Positions 36,743 to 47,753 of a stretch of DNA of 64,000 nucleotides are shown in pieces; the stretch's first letter is position 1, and every line of letters begins with the position of its first letter. Origin of the DNA: an uncultured cyanobacterium (GTDB taxonomy: Bacteria; Cyanobacteriota; Cyanobacteriia; Cyanobacteriales; Cyanobacteriaceae); NCBI GenBank assembly GCA_963710605.1, contig CAVQBA010000005.1:192001-256000 (forward strand), written 5' to 3'. The notes beneath the pieces were generated by a model. That model had not been told where the DNA came from and ran no database searches. It saw only the letters and a program-made list of their open reading frames with translations. Position numbers and translations under genes: made by a program.

Positions 36743-38389
36743 TTATTCTTCCTCCTCTAACAATTTTGCTTCTGTTGAAACTGAATCTTCATCTGCTTGT
36801 TTACGCTTTTGAGACTTATAGCTTACCAAAGATAATAAAGCTAAATCTCTGGCTAACTTCCAATTATCTGGTTTAGTAGTCAAAGGCATTAATTCTTCCC
36901 AATAGTCGGCAAGGATAGTGATATTTCCTGCTTTACTCCAAAAGTTAGCTGTCATAAAGTGACGAAAATCTTCAGAATTGAGACAACGAATCAAGCCAGA
37001 GCGTATGCGTTCGTTTTCACGCTCTATCTGAATATATTCTCCTTCTTTCCCTCTGCTATAGAGTTTGCCATATATTTTTAAAAGAGCTTCATGACAAGCT
37101 TTGACAAATAGTTTTTGTGCTTGCTCGTCCCATTTTGCATTTTTGACCATTTGATTTAATCCTTGTTTTTCGTAGCTAACAAACTTGAATAATTCTTTGT
37201 TTCTTACTGCATCAGTAAAGTTATGCCACCAAGGAAATCCTCTGGCTAGATTTTCGCTTATTAGTTCTCGGACAATACTTACAGCAATGAAATTTCCTTT
37301 TTCCCACTCTACAACTCTGTTAGGGAAATAACTATTACACAATTGATAGTTTTCTAATAATTTATCGTTTATCTCGACGACTTCAACATTTTTACGTATT
37401 TTCTGAAATCCCGTCCATTGAGTTTCGCCGAAAGTAATTATCTGAGAGCATTTAAAAGCGTTTGATTTAATGATACGTAAAGTAGCCTGTTGAGTAAGCA
37501 AACGCAAAGCAGCATCGCTATAGCCAGAAGCTAAGAATTTTTGGTAATCCCAATTATTTATTGTTTGTCTTTGTCTGGCGTATGATTCTAGATCGGTTAT
37601 TTCAGGAATTACTAAATAATATTGAGTTTTAGTACCGTGAAGATAGGATTTGGGTGCAATGAAGTAAAGACAAGCAACGGGAGCGTATAACAAGGCGATC
37701 GCTCTTTCAATAGTTTCTGTAAATTGGGTTTCTTTTTTATAAGCGTAATGTTTGATTGCTGCACCAGGGTACAGCCAACCTGTTATCCCTATTGTTTTTT
37801 GCTGTATATTGCCACCTTGCTTAACATCAAATAAAAACAAAAATCCAATTAGACTAAAATGAATAAAAATATAAAGTTTTAATTTAGTAAAAATAACCTT
37901 CGAGTTAAGTTTTTCGATCGGACATAGCTGTTCGGCATAGTTTTGATGAGCGTAAGACTTGGCTTTTTTGTAATTAATTGCAATTTGTAGATTATCTATG
38001 GTCAAAAATGCAGTAGCCTTACCAGTAGATTGGAAGAACTGATTATGTTGTAGAAAAGTATTTTTCATCCCAATATGAACAGCTAACTGACTTTCTTTAC
38101 TAAAAGATTGTAAACCTGTCAGAGAAATTAAACCGTCACTATTAACTTGGAATGATTTAGAGAATAACCATTCTAAGGCTTCATAATCGTTTCTCTGCCA
38201 ATAAAGACTGATCCTAGTTTTAGTTATAGTCCATTTAAAATTACCTGGGCGAGATTTTGGAGTAGGATAACGCTTTTCTAGAGCTTTTAAAGTCATATAT
38301 AAGCCAGCAACTCCCGCACGATGTAACATGGTCATACCAGGATCGCTCAAACTTATCTCTATTTTTGGTTTAACAGCTTTAGTAACCAT
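36743..38389 (-). CDS. cas8: Type I-B (Myxan-like) Cas8 large subunit
   Basis: DPGMTMLHRAGVAGLYMTL, TFLQHNQ, GWLYPGA, ALLYAPVAC; C-terminal Cas11-like region ending LALLSLVSY. Confidence 0.9.
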   Translation of the reverse strand: MVTKAVKPKIEISLSDPGMTMLHRAGVAGLYMTLKALEKRYPTPKSRPGNFKWTITKTRISLYWQRNDYEALEWLFSKSFQVNSDGLISLTGLQSFSKESQLAVHIGMKNTFLQHNQFFQSTGKATAFLTIDNLQIAINYKKAKSYAHQNYAEQLCPIEKLNSKVIFTKLKLYIFIHFSLIGFLFLFDVKQGGNIQQKTIGITGWLYPGAAIKHYAYKKETQFTETIERAIALLYAPVACLYFIAPKSYLHGTKTQYYLVIPEITDLESYARQRQTINNWDYQKFLASGYSDAALRLLTQQATLRIIKSNAFKCSQIITFGETQWTGFQKIRKNVEVVEINDKLLENYQLCNSYFPNRVVEWEKGNFIAVSIVRELISENLARGFPWWHNFTDAVRNKELFKFVSYEKQGLNQMVKNAKWDEQAQKLFVKACHEALLKIYGKLYSRGKEGEYIQIERENERIRSGLIRCLNSEDFRHFMTANFWSKAGNITILADYWEELMPLTTKPDNWKLARDLALLSLVSYKSQKRKQADEDSVSTEAKLLEEEE

Positions 38390-38401
38390 ATTTATACCAG
38401 T

Positions 38402-39049
38402 TTAAACAAATACCCCACAACCCATTTTTTGCTTGCCTCCTAAACCCTTTTCTTGAAGCACAATCGAATCAGTCTCGCTCAAATTATTTGCTTCAATTCC
38501 AAAACCAACTATAATTTGCTTTACTTTTAGAGTTTTGGGTTTAGTAGTACCATCTTTTTTCGAGATTAGTTTTAGACTGGCTCTAATGCCTAATGCCTCT
38601 ATTTGTCTTTTAGCGGCTTCGATAAATGTTTTTGGTTCTTCATATCCTCTAATTACTACTATATGCGATCGTAACCTCGATTTGGGTTGTAGAAAATTCA
38701 TTTCGGGAATCCCTAGCCTAATCTTTTGTTTGCCTATATTTAGAAACTTCCCACTAAAAGAATAAACGAAAGGCACTTTTTCCGATGGCAAGCGAATTAG
38801 TAGTTTTGAACGATCGGTTAAATCTAACTGGTTTCTATTGTTGACATCGAGCTTTCCTGAAATCGTTTTGATACTAACATCGTCCCAATCTTTAAGCTCC
38901 ATTAACCTATATTTTAATGCTGAGTATAATTGATATCCATGATCGATGGGTAAAGCTTGTCCTATTACGGGAAACGCTAATTGAATATAGGGATTTTGTA
39001 TAAGTTCGATGTCGTTATGTTGTTTTTCTGTGAGTAAAGAAATCGCCAT
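38402..39049 (-). CDS. cas6: Cas6 (Myxan/Cmx6 type)
   Basis: LPIDHGYQLYSAL and the Gly-rich C-terminus LQEKGLGGKQKMGCGVF. Confidence 0.92.
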   Translation of the reverse strand: MAISLLTEKQHNDIELIQNPYIQLAFPVIGQALPIDHGYQLYSALKYRLMELKDWDDVSIKTISGKLDVNNRNQLDLTDRSKLLIRLPSEKVPFVYSFSGKFLNIGKQKIRLGIPEMNFLQPKSRLRSHIVVIRGYEEPKTFIEAAKRQIEALGIRASLKLISKKDGTTKPKTLKVKQIIVGFGIEANNLSETDSIVLQEKGLGGKQKMGCGVFV

Positions 39050-39132
39050 AATTATTATCCGAAAACAGTTATTCTAACAAAACTATTATTTTAGTGTTTA
39101 TATATTACTTTATAGCTAAAAATTATATATTT

Positions 39133-40068
39133 TCAATCAAAAAGATTTCTTATTGAACCGCACAAAAACTTAATCAGCATAATATGAGTTATACGATCGA
39201 TAGTTTGAGCAATATCGCAGGAGAACAAACAATATTCTAAATAGGCTTCGAGTTTCTCCCAGATTTGTGGCTGTATTGTTAGCAAAAAGTCTTTACCATA
39301 AAATTCTATAAAAGCCTCTATCAATAGTTTTTCATGGTATTTAAACTTGGTGCGTGAATATTTAGTTACAAATCCATTTTCTATTAGTAGTAAGCTGTAT
39401 TTACTTCTCAACCAAGTCATTCCCTGAAACTCAACATAGTTTCGACTCAACCAATCGAGTTCTTGGTTTATGGATAGTACCAGTTGCATAAATTCTTGAG
39501 AATATAAATTATGGTGTGTTTTACATAGATCGACTTGACTAGCACCATAGTAATGAACTTGCTTTTTGTAGAATGAAATTTTGCTATCTAACAAGGGTAA
39601 TTTGTGCTTTAAACAGATTAACATTCCTGGAATTTGATGCTGACGATGCCAATAGACTTCACCATATAGCTGTTCATCCTCTACGCAACATTGAGGACAA
39701 AATTTCAGAACTCGATCGAATTCTTTATCTGGTATTTTCGCAGCTTGGGATATGGAGATATTGGACTTCGATCGAAGTAAATCTTTGAAGAAATATATTT
39801 CTATAGGTGTAAGAAAACTACGAAAAAAAGGGTAGAGAGTATTCTTTTTAATTAAACTTTCAACAGTCAGTTGTGAACCTTGAGGAAGTTGACCGATCAG
39901 AAAATTAAGATTATTGGGTAAAACTATTTTGTCTGACTGTAAATCAACCGTCTCAAATAATTCTTCATGGGTTTGCCGAAAACTTTTGTTACCACTACGA
40001 ATATGATATCTAGCTACTACACTATAAAGTAGTTCGTCAGGATAAGGATTAGGAAAAGAACCAAGCAT
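39133..40068 (-). CDS. tniQ: TniQ (short; Cascade-associated target selector)
   Basis: FPNPYPDELLYS, FCPQC...YWHRQHQ...CLKH; 311 aa; between tnsC and cas6. Confidence 0.9.
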   Translation of the reverse strand: MLGSFPNPYPDELLYSVVARYHIRSGNKSFRQTHEELFETVDLQSDKIVLPNNLNFLIGQLPQGSQLTVESLIKKNTLYPFFRSFLTPIEIYFFKDLLRSKSNISISQAAKIPDKEFDRVLKFCPQCCVEDEQLYGEVYWHRQHQIPGMLICLKHKLPLLDSKISFYKKQVHYYGASQVDLCKTHHNLYSQEFMQLVLSINQELDWLSRNYVEFQGMTWLRSKYSLLLIENGFVTKYSRTKFKYHEKLLIEAFIEFYGKDFLLTIQPQIWEKLEAYLEYCLFSCDIAQTIDRITHIMLIKFLCGSIRNLFD

Positions 40069-41753
40069 TAGTTAATATTAATGAACTCATCAATGGGATT
40101 TTTGACAAATCCGACTTCTTTTAAAGCATCATGTACTAAGATGCCGTCTTTTTGTGCTTTAGTCACAACTGACCTCAGATCGTTTTCTTGATATTTTAGT
40201 TCTAATTCAGTTTGTTTAGATTTTTTCTGATTACTATTTTTGACTTTAACAGAGGCAGTATCACCACCTTGCAAACTTAGAGCGTATGCTTTATTTACTA
40301 AAGCTTGAATGTTATGTTGCTTCTTCTTAGAGTCGAATACTTTTTCAGCACATTGTTTAGCAAGTAGAGCGTCAACATTCAATTCTTGAATTAATTTCAA
40401 TATTACATCATTTAAGATGGGCGACTGCTGCTCTTGTTGTTTGCGAGCCAAACGTCTAGCATCTTTTAGATCTTTTGATTCTAATTTGGAAACATATTTA
40501 TTCTGATATTCAACTGTACTTAGAGGGGCAATATCCTTATATCTTTTCATCCAATCAGTATCTCCAGATCTAATAGCATTAAGCATTGGTCTAACTAAAT
40601 ATAAACCTTCTTCTGCTACTTCGTGGATTAGATCTACTGTCATTATTTCATCTCCACCTTCTGCGATCGTTCGCCATTGAACCATTTTAAACAGCTTAAC
40701 TACCAAATCGATAATTCCTTGAGTTTCAAAGTATAAAGCTTTGTATATTTCATCAGATAGTTCTGTGTACTCTTTTGTCCACTGATATTTCCACATCCCC
40801 TCAACAAAAAACTTCCACTCTTCCCACTCATCTTCATCTTCTTGTTTCATACGATCCCAGAGAACGCCTCCTTCTCCTGTTCCCCTTCTGGCATTTCGGA
40901 AATTACCCTGAAGAATTGGATATGCTTCATTAGTACCGACTCGGATAACTGGAACGCCAATAATGTTATCCATTTTGACCAAAAAGTTGAGCAAGTCATC
41001 TTTACTTCTTCTGGCGTTGACTAAGTTTTGCATCTCATCAATTACAAGCATTCCCAGATGATGAGTATGAGCTAGTTGTGCTACTTGAGCCAACATATAA
41101 TCTTCTGAGTTACGAGTTGAGCCAAATTTTTTAAAATAATTTGTACCTATCAAGCGATCTATTTCTTTGAAAACATCAATACACAAACCTTTTAATGAAC
41201 CTGCGTGAGGGCAATCAACTTTAATCCAAACAATCTGGAATGTATTATGCTCTGGATGAGCGATAACTTGAGGATAAAGATCTAAAATATTTTTAAGATT
41301 GGTCGTCTTTCCCATCCCTGAGGGACCAATAAAAGTAAACCCAGAAGCAGAAGTTGGTACATCTACATAATTTTCGAGGATTTTACCACCTTTATTTTGA
41401 ATCGCTTGATAAATTTGATTAGCTCGACGAGCATATTGGGGTTTGATGATATTCCGAGCTAAGTAACCCTGCATTAATAAGACACTTATAGCTTGATGTA
41501 ATTGCGTAGTTTTGTTGAGGGGATTGAAATACCTAGATAATCTTTCAACACAATGGGTTCTTAAATGAGGCTTCAAAAACTTTTCTTCAGGAGCAAAGTT
41601 AGGCATTACTATTACAGATTCCAAAAATTCCTCTTCGGTCATCAAGTAAGGTAATGCTTGAATCATTGGATTGTTATTATATTCAGGCAGTTTATGGTCG
41701 CGATATATCGCAACAGTTGCTTCTACGCCATTGGGAATGTCAATTGTGTTCAT
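40068..41753 (-). CDS. tnsC: TnsC AAA+ ATPase
   Basis: YNNNPMIQALP, GPSGMGKTT, DCPHAGSLKGLC, LVIDEMQNL, RNARR. Confidence 0.95.
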   Translation of the reverse strand: MNTIDIPNGVEATVAIYRDHKLPEYNNNPMIQALPYLMTEEEFLESVIVMPNFAPEEKFLKPHLRTHCVERLSRYFNPLNKTTQLHQAISVLLMQGYLARNIIKPQYARRANQIYQAIQNKGGKILENYVDVPTSASGFTFIGPSGMGKTTNLKNILDLYPQVIAHPEHNTFQIVWIKVDCPHAGSLKGLCIDVFKEIDRLIGTNYFKKFGSTRNSEDYMLAQVAQLAHTHHLGMLVIDEMQNLVNARRSKDDLLNFLVKMDNIIGVPVIRVGTNEAYPILQGNFRNARRGTGEGGVLWDRMKQEDEDEWEEWKFFVEGMWKYQWTKEYTELSDEIYKALYFETQGIIDLVVKLFKMVQWRTIAEGGDEIMTVDLIHEVAEEGLYLVRPMLNAIRSGDTDWMKRYKDIAPLSTVEYQNKYVSKLESKDLKDARRLARKQQEQQSPILNDVILKLIQELNVDALLAKQCAEKVFDSKKKQHNIQALVNKAYALSLQGGDTASVKVKNSNQKKSKQTELELKYQENDLRSVVTKAQKDGILVHDALKEVGFVKNPIDEFININ

Positions 41754-41764
41754 AATTTAATTTA

Positions 41765-44011
41765 TTAGTCTTCAATAGATTTTCTCAATCTGTTTCTTTT
41801 TAATTTTTCTAATTTTTTGCTTTTGAAGGATTTAGCTTTCTGTTTGGGTCGATCGGGTTCAGTTTTGTTTGATGTAGTTTTCTGTTTAGATTCAGTCGTC
41901 TCTTCTATGGGAGTAATAGAACTAGGCGATTTATCTTTACTTAATTCAAAAGCCTCTTTTTCTCTACGCTTCTCCTTTTCAAAGGTACGGTTATTTCTAA
42001 TTCCTTTAACTTTCTTACTATTGCTTATAGTTTTATCTAAAACGGCATCTGTTGAAGCTGTTGCTTGCTCGACGATATTTTCAAATTCTGCCATTAGATC
42101 GACTTTGGTTTGTGTTTCTTTACCTTTGTATTTTTGCTTTTGCAGTTGCTCATAAGCCAATAAACATTCAATCTCTTCCCAAGTTTTGCCCACATATCTA
42201 TCTTCAAAATCAATAATCGAACATTTTTCGTAGTCTTTTCCATCAGAAGAACGAATATAAAGGTATTCTGGTTTTCTCGGATCGTATGATATATTTAAGT
42301 ATTTTTCATCTTTACTAAAAGATCGACTTCTAGCTCTTTCAAACCACTGCTCTGTTTTTGCTTTTTCACAGGTATAGTAAAGCTTTTTAAATTTAATACC
42401 TTTAGCTGTAATAGTTGCTCGTCCCAAAGGCATTAAGTTGAGTTTGACGATATCTTCAGGAAATGTTTTTAATCTTCCCGAACGCTTCTCTATTCCCCAT
42501 TGCCATAAATTTTTCGGTTTCGGTACAACATCATCTATAACCATATCAGTGTCCCGCTGATAATTATCAAGATAATGATTATTGTTGTGTTCTAGTATCA
42601 AATAAATAATTGCTTTGGTAAACTCGTCTAAACTTAATTTACTATCAAGACGATAATCTTTACCTCCTCTTTGAGTAAAATCTACATCTACATAACCAGG
42701 AACGAATGGTTTAACTTTACCGTGCATGGTTTTAAAATGCCTTTCCACAATACCCTTTTGATCTCCTCTATATGGTGCTGCATTTTCAATACGTATTCCC
42801 AAATTGTTAATGGAAGTTTCTACATTTTTTCCTGCTAATTCACCACGATCGCCTAAGATGACTTCTGGTACATGATGAACTTGCCATTGTTCCTCTGTAA
42901 TTTCAATACCGTATTCCGCACAGTATTTAACTTTGTCAGTAGCTGCATTAACTAGAGCCATCATCATTCCCAGCCATGAAGGTCCTTCTAAACCAACATA
43001 GACACCTGTAATCATTCGGCTAAATACATCAATAACAAGATACACAACTGGTCTGCCAATTATCCAGTTACGGTTATATTTAGAAACTAAATAAACATCA
43101 GCTATTGTGGCATCAATTTGATAGCGAGAACCAGGACCAATCGTTTCTTGTTTAGACGTTCGGGTAATAGCCCTATACTCTAAAGCGAAGGCTCTGCTTC
43201 CCCTTCTAGAGCTAATAGTTTTCTTAATATCTTTTTTATACTCCTTATCGTACCAATAGCGAAACTGTCTTATTGTCGGTCGTCTGCTTGGTGGAATTAA
43301 TACCGACTTTCTAACTCCGCGATCGTCATAGACTATTTCCTCGCTGTAATAATCTTTGAGCATCAATTCATAAGCAGTCGTCAAAAAGTTACCTTTTCGA
43401 TTATTGTAAAATTTGGAGATAGCAATTCTAAAAATTTTGAGATCTTCCTCATTTATATTTATTCCTTCACCTATTTCTGCAACTTTTTTGTACTTTCTTG
43501 GTCGCCCTCGCTTGACACTATTACTAGCTTTTCTAGTTTTACCTTTACCACCTGAATTGGAATAGTCGGGAATCAAGGAATTTTTAGTTTTTCCTCTTTG
43601 CCAATATTTCCTAAGATAATCATAGATAGTTTTTTTGGCAATTTTGTCTGTAGATTTGGCGATCGCTTCATTAATCAAAGAACCTCTTAGCGATCGATCG
43701 TATATTTCTGGTTCTTGCTCTACTATCGAGGCGATAATTTTCCAAGTTTTATCTCTTATTTCTATTTCTATCTCAGATAAATTATCTTCCGTAACTATTC
43801 TCAACCAAGGATCTGACTTTAATTTTATAGCTGTTTCCTCAGAAATTGCTTCTTCAATTTCACTCATTCTTTTTGCGTAAGGTACACCTTTATTAGTATG
43901 AATATCAAAGACAAAAGCAAGGATATAGTTTTCGTCTATCCAAACTATTCTCTCTACTTTTGTGGATTCTGGATCATTCAACCATTCAATTAAATCATTA
44001 ACATATAGCAT
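41765..44011 (-). CDS. tnsB: TnsB DDE transposase
   Basis: GPGSRYQIDAT, VIDVFSRMI, GDRGE, KGIVERHF. Confidence 0.95.
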   Translation of the reverse strand: MLYVNDLIEWLNDPESTKVERIVWIDENYILAFVFDIHTNKGVPYAKRMSEIEEAISEETAIKLKSDPWLRIVTEDNLSEIEIEIRDKTWKIIASIVEQEPEIYDRSLRGSLINEAIAKSTDKIAKKTIYDYLRKYWQRGKTKNSLIPDYSNSGGKGKTRKASNSVKRGRPRKYKKVAEIGEGININEEDLKIFRIAISKFYNNRKGNFLTTAYELMLKDYYSEEIVYDDRGVRKSVLIPPSRRPTIRQFRYWYDKEYKKDIKKTISSRRGSRAFALEYRAITRTSKQETIGPGSRYQIDATIADVYLVSKYNRNWIIGRPVVYLVIDVFSRMITGVYVGLEGPSWLGMMMALVNAATDKVKYCAEYGIEITEEQWQVHHVPEVILGDRGELAGKNVETSINNLGIRIENAAPYRGDQKGIVERHFKTMHGKVKPFVPGYVDVDFTQRGGKDYRLDSKLSLDEFTKAIIYLILEHNNNHYLDNYQRDTDMVIDDVVPKPKNLWQWGIEKRSGRLKTFPEDIVKLNLMPLGRATITAKGIKFKKLYYTCEKAKTEQWFERARSRSFSKDEKYLNISYDPRKPEYLYIRSSDGKDYEKCSIIDFEDRYVGKTWEEIECLLAYEQLQKQKYKGKETQTKVDLMAEFENIVEQATASTDAVLDKTISNSKKVKGIRNNRTFEKEKRREKEAFELSKDKSPSSITPIEETTESKQKTTSNKTEPDRPKQKAKSFKSKKLEKLKRNRLRKSIED

Positions 44012-44034
44012 TGGAAACCTTAAATATTATTTAT

Positions 44035-44865
44035 TTATATAATTGCTTTAATGATATTTACCGCAGGATGAGCAGCGATTTTTGCTTGAAACATATCAAC
44101 AACAATTTCTTTTCTCGAGACCAAATGTTTAAACAGAGACAAACAAGTTCCAATTTCTAAATTCATATCCTTATCTAATGCTGTTGTAATAGCACTAATT
44201 TTTGATTTGTTACTACTCAACCTTTCTTTGAGAATGTTGCTCAGATAATAACAGTTTTCATTGTTTTGCTCCTCTGACAATTTCCAATGATAATCAGAAT
44301 GAATCCATTGAATATTAGATGCGAAAGTTGTTGATATTTCTTGTTCGGTAACGATTGCCCAATCAATATTGTGTTTTTGCCAATAGCGTCTCTCTAATTC
44401 TAATTTTTCGATCGTTCTTTTCTTGCCAAGCTCTTTAGTAGTTTTAAATGTACGAGCAATTTGAACGGATTTGTTATCCTGTTCGACTGTCAACATAAAA
44501 TCGGTGGTCAACACGTAAGGAGTATTATTTTTCCTGTTTACTGGATATTTAATTTCCATCTCTTTAGCAATTTCCATTGCCAAATCCAGATCTAGTAATG
44601 GATACTGCTCTCTAATGTCTTGAACTTCCTTACTCCATTCAAATATATAGAAAAGCCTTGATTCCCAATCTGACATTAGATGATGTGGGCGATCGCTTTT
44701 CCATCCAGGCGCTCGCGAAGCTCTTCCTACAGAAGGAAAATCTTGAATAGTTATCCAAGGCTTGTAGTCTTTGCCTCGACCTTTACCCCGTCCTTCTTTT
44801 ACATATCGCTCAAACTTAGCTTGAGTCCAATCGTATCTGCTTCTAGCCATTAGAAAACTGCACAA
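44035..44865 (-). CDS. tnsA: TnsA endonuclease
   Basis: EGRGKGRGKDYKPW, HHLMSDWE, DIREQYPL, TTDF, EKLELERRYW. Confidence 0.95.
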   Translation of the reverse strand: MCSFLMARSRYDWTQAKFERYVKEGRGKGRGKDYKPWITIQDFPSVGRASRAPGWKSDRPHHLMSDWESRLFYIFEWSKEVQDIREQYPLLDLDLAMEIAKEMEIKYPVNRKNNTPYVLTTDFMLTVEQDNKSVQIARTFKTTKELGKKRTIEKLELERRYWQKHNIDWAIVTEQEISTTFASNIQWIHSDYHWKLSEEQNNENCYYLSNILKERLSSNKSKISAITTALDKDMNLEIGTCLSLFKHLVSRKEIVVDMFQAKIAAHPAVNIIKAII

Positions 44866-44893
44866 TATAGAATTACTATAATTATACAGCTAT

Positions 44894-44990
44894 AGTTACC
44901 AACTTTATTGTAATTTTGCTCTAAGTTACCAACTTTATTGTAAAGTTACCAACTTTATTGTAAAGTTACCAACTTTATTGTAATTTTACA
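44894..44990 (-). repeat. Tn7 right end: four TnsB sites plus TGT terminus
   Basis: AGTTACCAACTTTATTGTA at 44894, 44924, 44944 and 44964, ending ...ATTTTACA at 44990. Confidence 0.93.
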
Positions 44991-45014
44991 ACATAAATAA
45001 TACATAAGTTGTTT

Positions 45015-46889
45015 TTATTCCACCGTTACCGACTTAGCTAAATTACGAGGTTGATCGACATCTAAACCTCTAAGGGAGGCAATGTAATAAGAAAGCAATT
45101 GTAAAGGAATTACTGATAAGACAGGAGAAAATAACTCATCGACTTCAGGTATCACTAACTTATCATCAAAAATATCCTCAGAATCATTCTCTGCCACCAC
45201 CCCAATCAAACGAGCGTCTCTGGCTTTGGCTTCTTGAGCATTAGAAATTACCTTTTCATACACACTACCAGAAAGTGCGATCGCTACAACTGGTACATGA
45301 GCATCTAATAAAGCGATCGAACCATGTTTCATTTCTCCTGCGGGATACCCTTCAGCGTGGATATAACTAATCTCCTTGAGCTTTAAAGCACCTTCTAAAG
45401 CGATCGGGAAGTTGATACCTCTACCAATAAAAATAAAGTCACGGGTATCAGGAAAATCATGGGCTAAATCTTCGATTTTTTCTTCTTGTGAATGGATAAT
45501 TCGCTCAATTTGATTCGGTAACTGAGACAAACCATTAATAATTTCTGTCACCTTCTGTGCGGAAATACTTTGACGACGATAAGCTAAGTCTAAGGCTAAA
45601 ATATAAAAAGCCATTACCTGAGCGAGGAAAGTTTTGGTTGCCGCTACGCCAATTTCGATTCCCGCAAAAGTATTTACTATTTGATCAACGATCGTTGCTA
45701 AAGTACTTTCAGGACGATTAGTAATCCCTAAAATACGGGGGCTATATTTATCTCCTGCCACCATGCGTCTTTGTCTTTCCATTTCTAAAGCGGCGATGGT
45801 ATCCGCTGTTTCTCCTGATTGCGTCACACCAATAGTCAGAGTATTTGTCATCATCGGCGTAGGGGAATAACGATACTCAGAAGCATATTCCACAAAAGTA
45901 GGAATCCCAGCAATTTGCTCTAATAAATATTTACCCACCAAACTAGCGTGCCAAGATGTACCACAAGCTACTATTTGGATATGTTCTAAATCTTCATAAA
46001 TATGAGGTAACAAATTAAGATTGACAGGATTTTCATCACCATCAGGTTGCCAATCACTATTGATATAAGCCTCTAAACAAGTACGTACCACTGCTGGTTG
46101 CTCGTGTATTTCCTTGAGCATAAAATGGCGAAAGCCTTGTTTTTCGACGGTTACAGGACTCCAATCGAGAGTACGAGGGGTTTTGCGAATTCTTTTCCCA
46201 GCAAAATTATAAATTTCTACTCCTAAAGGAGTTAGTCTGGCTATTTCACCATTTTCTAAAGTTAAAATAGTAGTGGTGTGATGAACTAAAGCGGTTACAT
46301 CAGATGCACAATAAAATTCTCCTTGTCCAAAACCGATCGTTAGAGGTGCGTTTTGACGAGCGACAATTAATTCATCAGGATGGTTTGCCGATAAAACTGC
46401 GATCGCAAATGCTCCATCTAAATAACTAATTGCTTTAGTGACAGCAGACATAAAAGGGTCATCATTTTCGGGGTTGTAATGTTCGGCTATTAAATGAGGA
46501 ATAACTTCTGTATCGGTATCTGAGGCGAAAGTATAACCTTCTGCTTTTAAATCTTTTCTTAATTCTTGATAATTTTCAATAATGCCATTTTGGACAACAG
46601 CAATTTTGCTTTGGTTATCTAGATGAGGATGTGCATTATATTCTTCTGGTTTACCATGAGTCGCCCATCTAGTATGTCCTATTCCTATTTTTGAGTTACT
46701 GGTATTTGATTCTAACTTTGTGCGGAGATTATATAGTTTTCCTTTAGCTTTGATTGAATGTATTTGATTTTCAGGTGTAATAGTCGCAACTCCTGCTGAA
46801 TCATAACCACGATATTCTAATTTTTCGAGTCCATGAATTAAAACATCAATAGCTGTTTGTGTTCCGATATAACCAACAATTCCACACAT
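45015..46889 (-). CDS. glmS: Glutamine--fructose-6-phosphate aminotransferase
   Basis: MCGIVG, LEYRGYDSAG, GHTRWATHG, PRNLAKSVTVE. Confidence 0.99.
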   Translation of the reverse strand: MCGIVGYIGTQTAIDVLIHGLEKLEYRGYDSAGVATITPENQIHSIKAKGKLYNLRTKLESNTSNSKIGIGHTRWATHGKPEEYNAHPHLDNQSKIAVVQNGIIENYQELRKDLKAEGYTFASDTDTEVIPHLIAEHYNPENDDPFMSAVTKAISYLDGAFAIAVLSANHPDELIVARQNAPLTIGFGQGEFYCASDVTALVHHTTTILTLENGEIARLTPLGVEIYNFAGKRIRKTPRTLDWSPVTVEKQGFRHFMLKEIHEQPAVVRTCLEAYINSDWQPDGDENPVNLNLLPHIYEDLEHIQIVACGTSWHASLVGKYLLEQIAGIPTFVEYASEYRYSPTPMMTNTLTIGVTQSGETADTIAALEMERQRRMVAGDKYSPRILGITNRPESTLATIVDQIVNTFAGIEIGVAATKTFLAQVMAFYILALDLAYRRQSISAQKVTEIINGLSQLPNQIERIIHSQEEKIEDLAHDFPDTRDFIFIGRGINFPIALEGALKLKEISYIHAEGYPAGEMKHGSIALLDAHVPVVAIALSGSVYEKVISNAQEAKARDARLIGVVAENDSEDIFDDKLVIPEVDELFSPVLSVIPLQLLSYYIASLRGLDVDQPRNLAKSVTVE

Positions 46890-47282
46890 AGTTTTTCTAA
46901 TAATTTCCGTTTGATGATCAGTAAGACTATCTCAAATACGATCGATTAAAGTAATTTATTTATGTTCGCATAGATTATAACTTAATATTTAAGAGCTATG
47001 GTTTTTAATCTGTTTTAATCTACTTAATACCTATTTACTAACGATCGAAAATCAAACTAGGAAAAAACAATCCAATTCAAAACAAAACAAATCGGACAAA
47101 AGTTCAAAGATGTCCGACTATTACCACTTATTTACTTAAGTTTTTTCAAATTAATTAAGTAGCCATTACTTATTTTTCAATACTTAAACTTTGATGAGAT
47201 TATTTAGTTATCTAGTTTTTTGTGGAAGATAATTTTGCGGTTTTCAGATTAAAGTTATAGCTAAATTCTCGCCTTGATATTA

Positions 47283-47753
47283 CTAAATCAGAATCATTCC
47301 TTGAGTAGTAGGCTCAAAATCATCACTAAAAATAGTATTTTGATTATAAAAAGTACCAACCAAATTTGCATCATAAAGATAACATTCTTGTAAATTAGCA
47401 CCACTCAAATCTGCACCACTTAAATTTGCTTCATTAAGAATTGCACCACCCAAATTAGCATTACTTAAATTAGCATTAACTAAATTACTACCGATTAAAT
47501 TAGCCTTACTCAAATTAGCATTACTCAAATTAGCATTACTTAAATTAGTTCTGGTAAGATAACTTCTGTGAAAACTAACATCCTTAAGATTTGCCTTGTG
47601 GAAATTAGATCTAGTAAATTCACTATGTTCGAATCTTAAACCGATTAAGTTTGCTTCTGATAAGTCTAAATTAGGAAAATACTTTTTTCCTTCTAAATAT
47701 TGTTGTTGTAATTCAAATACTTTTGTCTCTATTTGTTGTAATTCAGATTTCAT
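47283..47753 (-). CDS. Pentapeptide repeat protein
   Basis: Tandem A(N/D)LS(N/G/K) repeats. Confidence 0.93.
   Translation of the reverse strand: MKSELQQIETKVFELQQQYLEGKKYFPNLDLSEANLIGLRFEHSEFTRSNFHKANLKDVSFHRSYLTRTNLSNANLSNANLSKANLIGSNLVNANLSNANLGGAILNEANLSGADLSGANLQECYLYDANLVGTFYNQNTIFSDDFEPTTQGMILI

Noticed and set aside
44894-44982. 20-bp tandem repeats that could be read as a CRISPR or VNTR
   Set aside because: No spacers; they are TnsB sites with an inverted counterpart at 1083-1369
46962-46970. ATGTTCGCA upstream of glmS
   Set aside because: One mismatch, outside the element and oriented away from glmS with no gene downstream on that strand; not counted in the regulon
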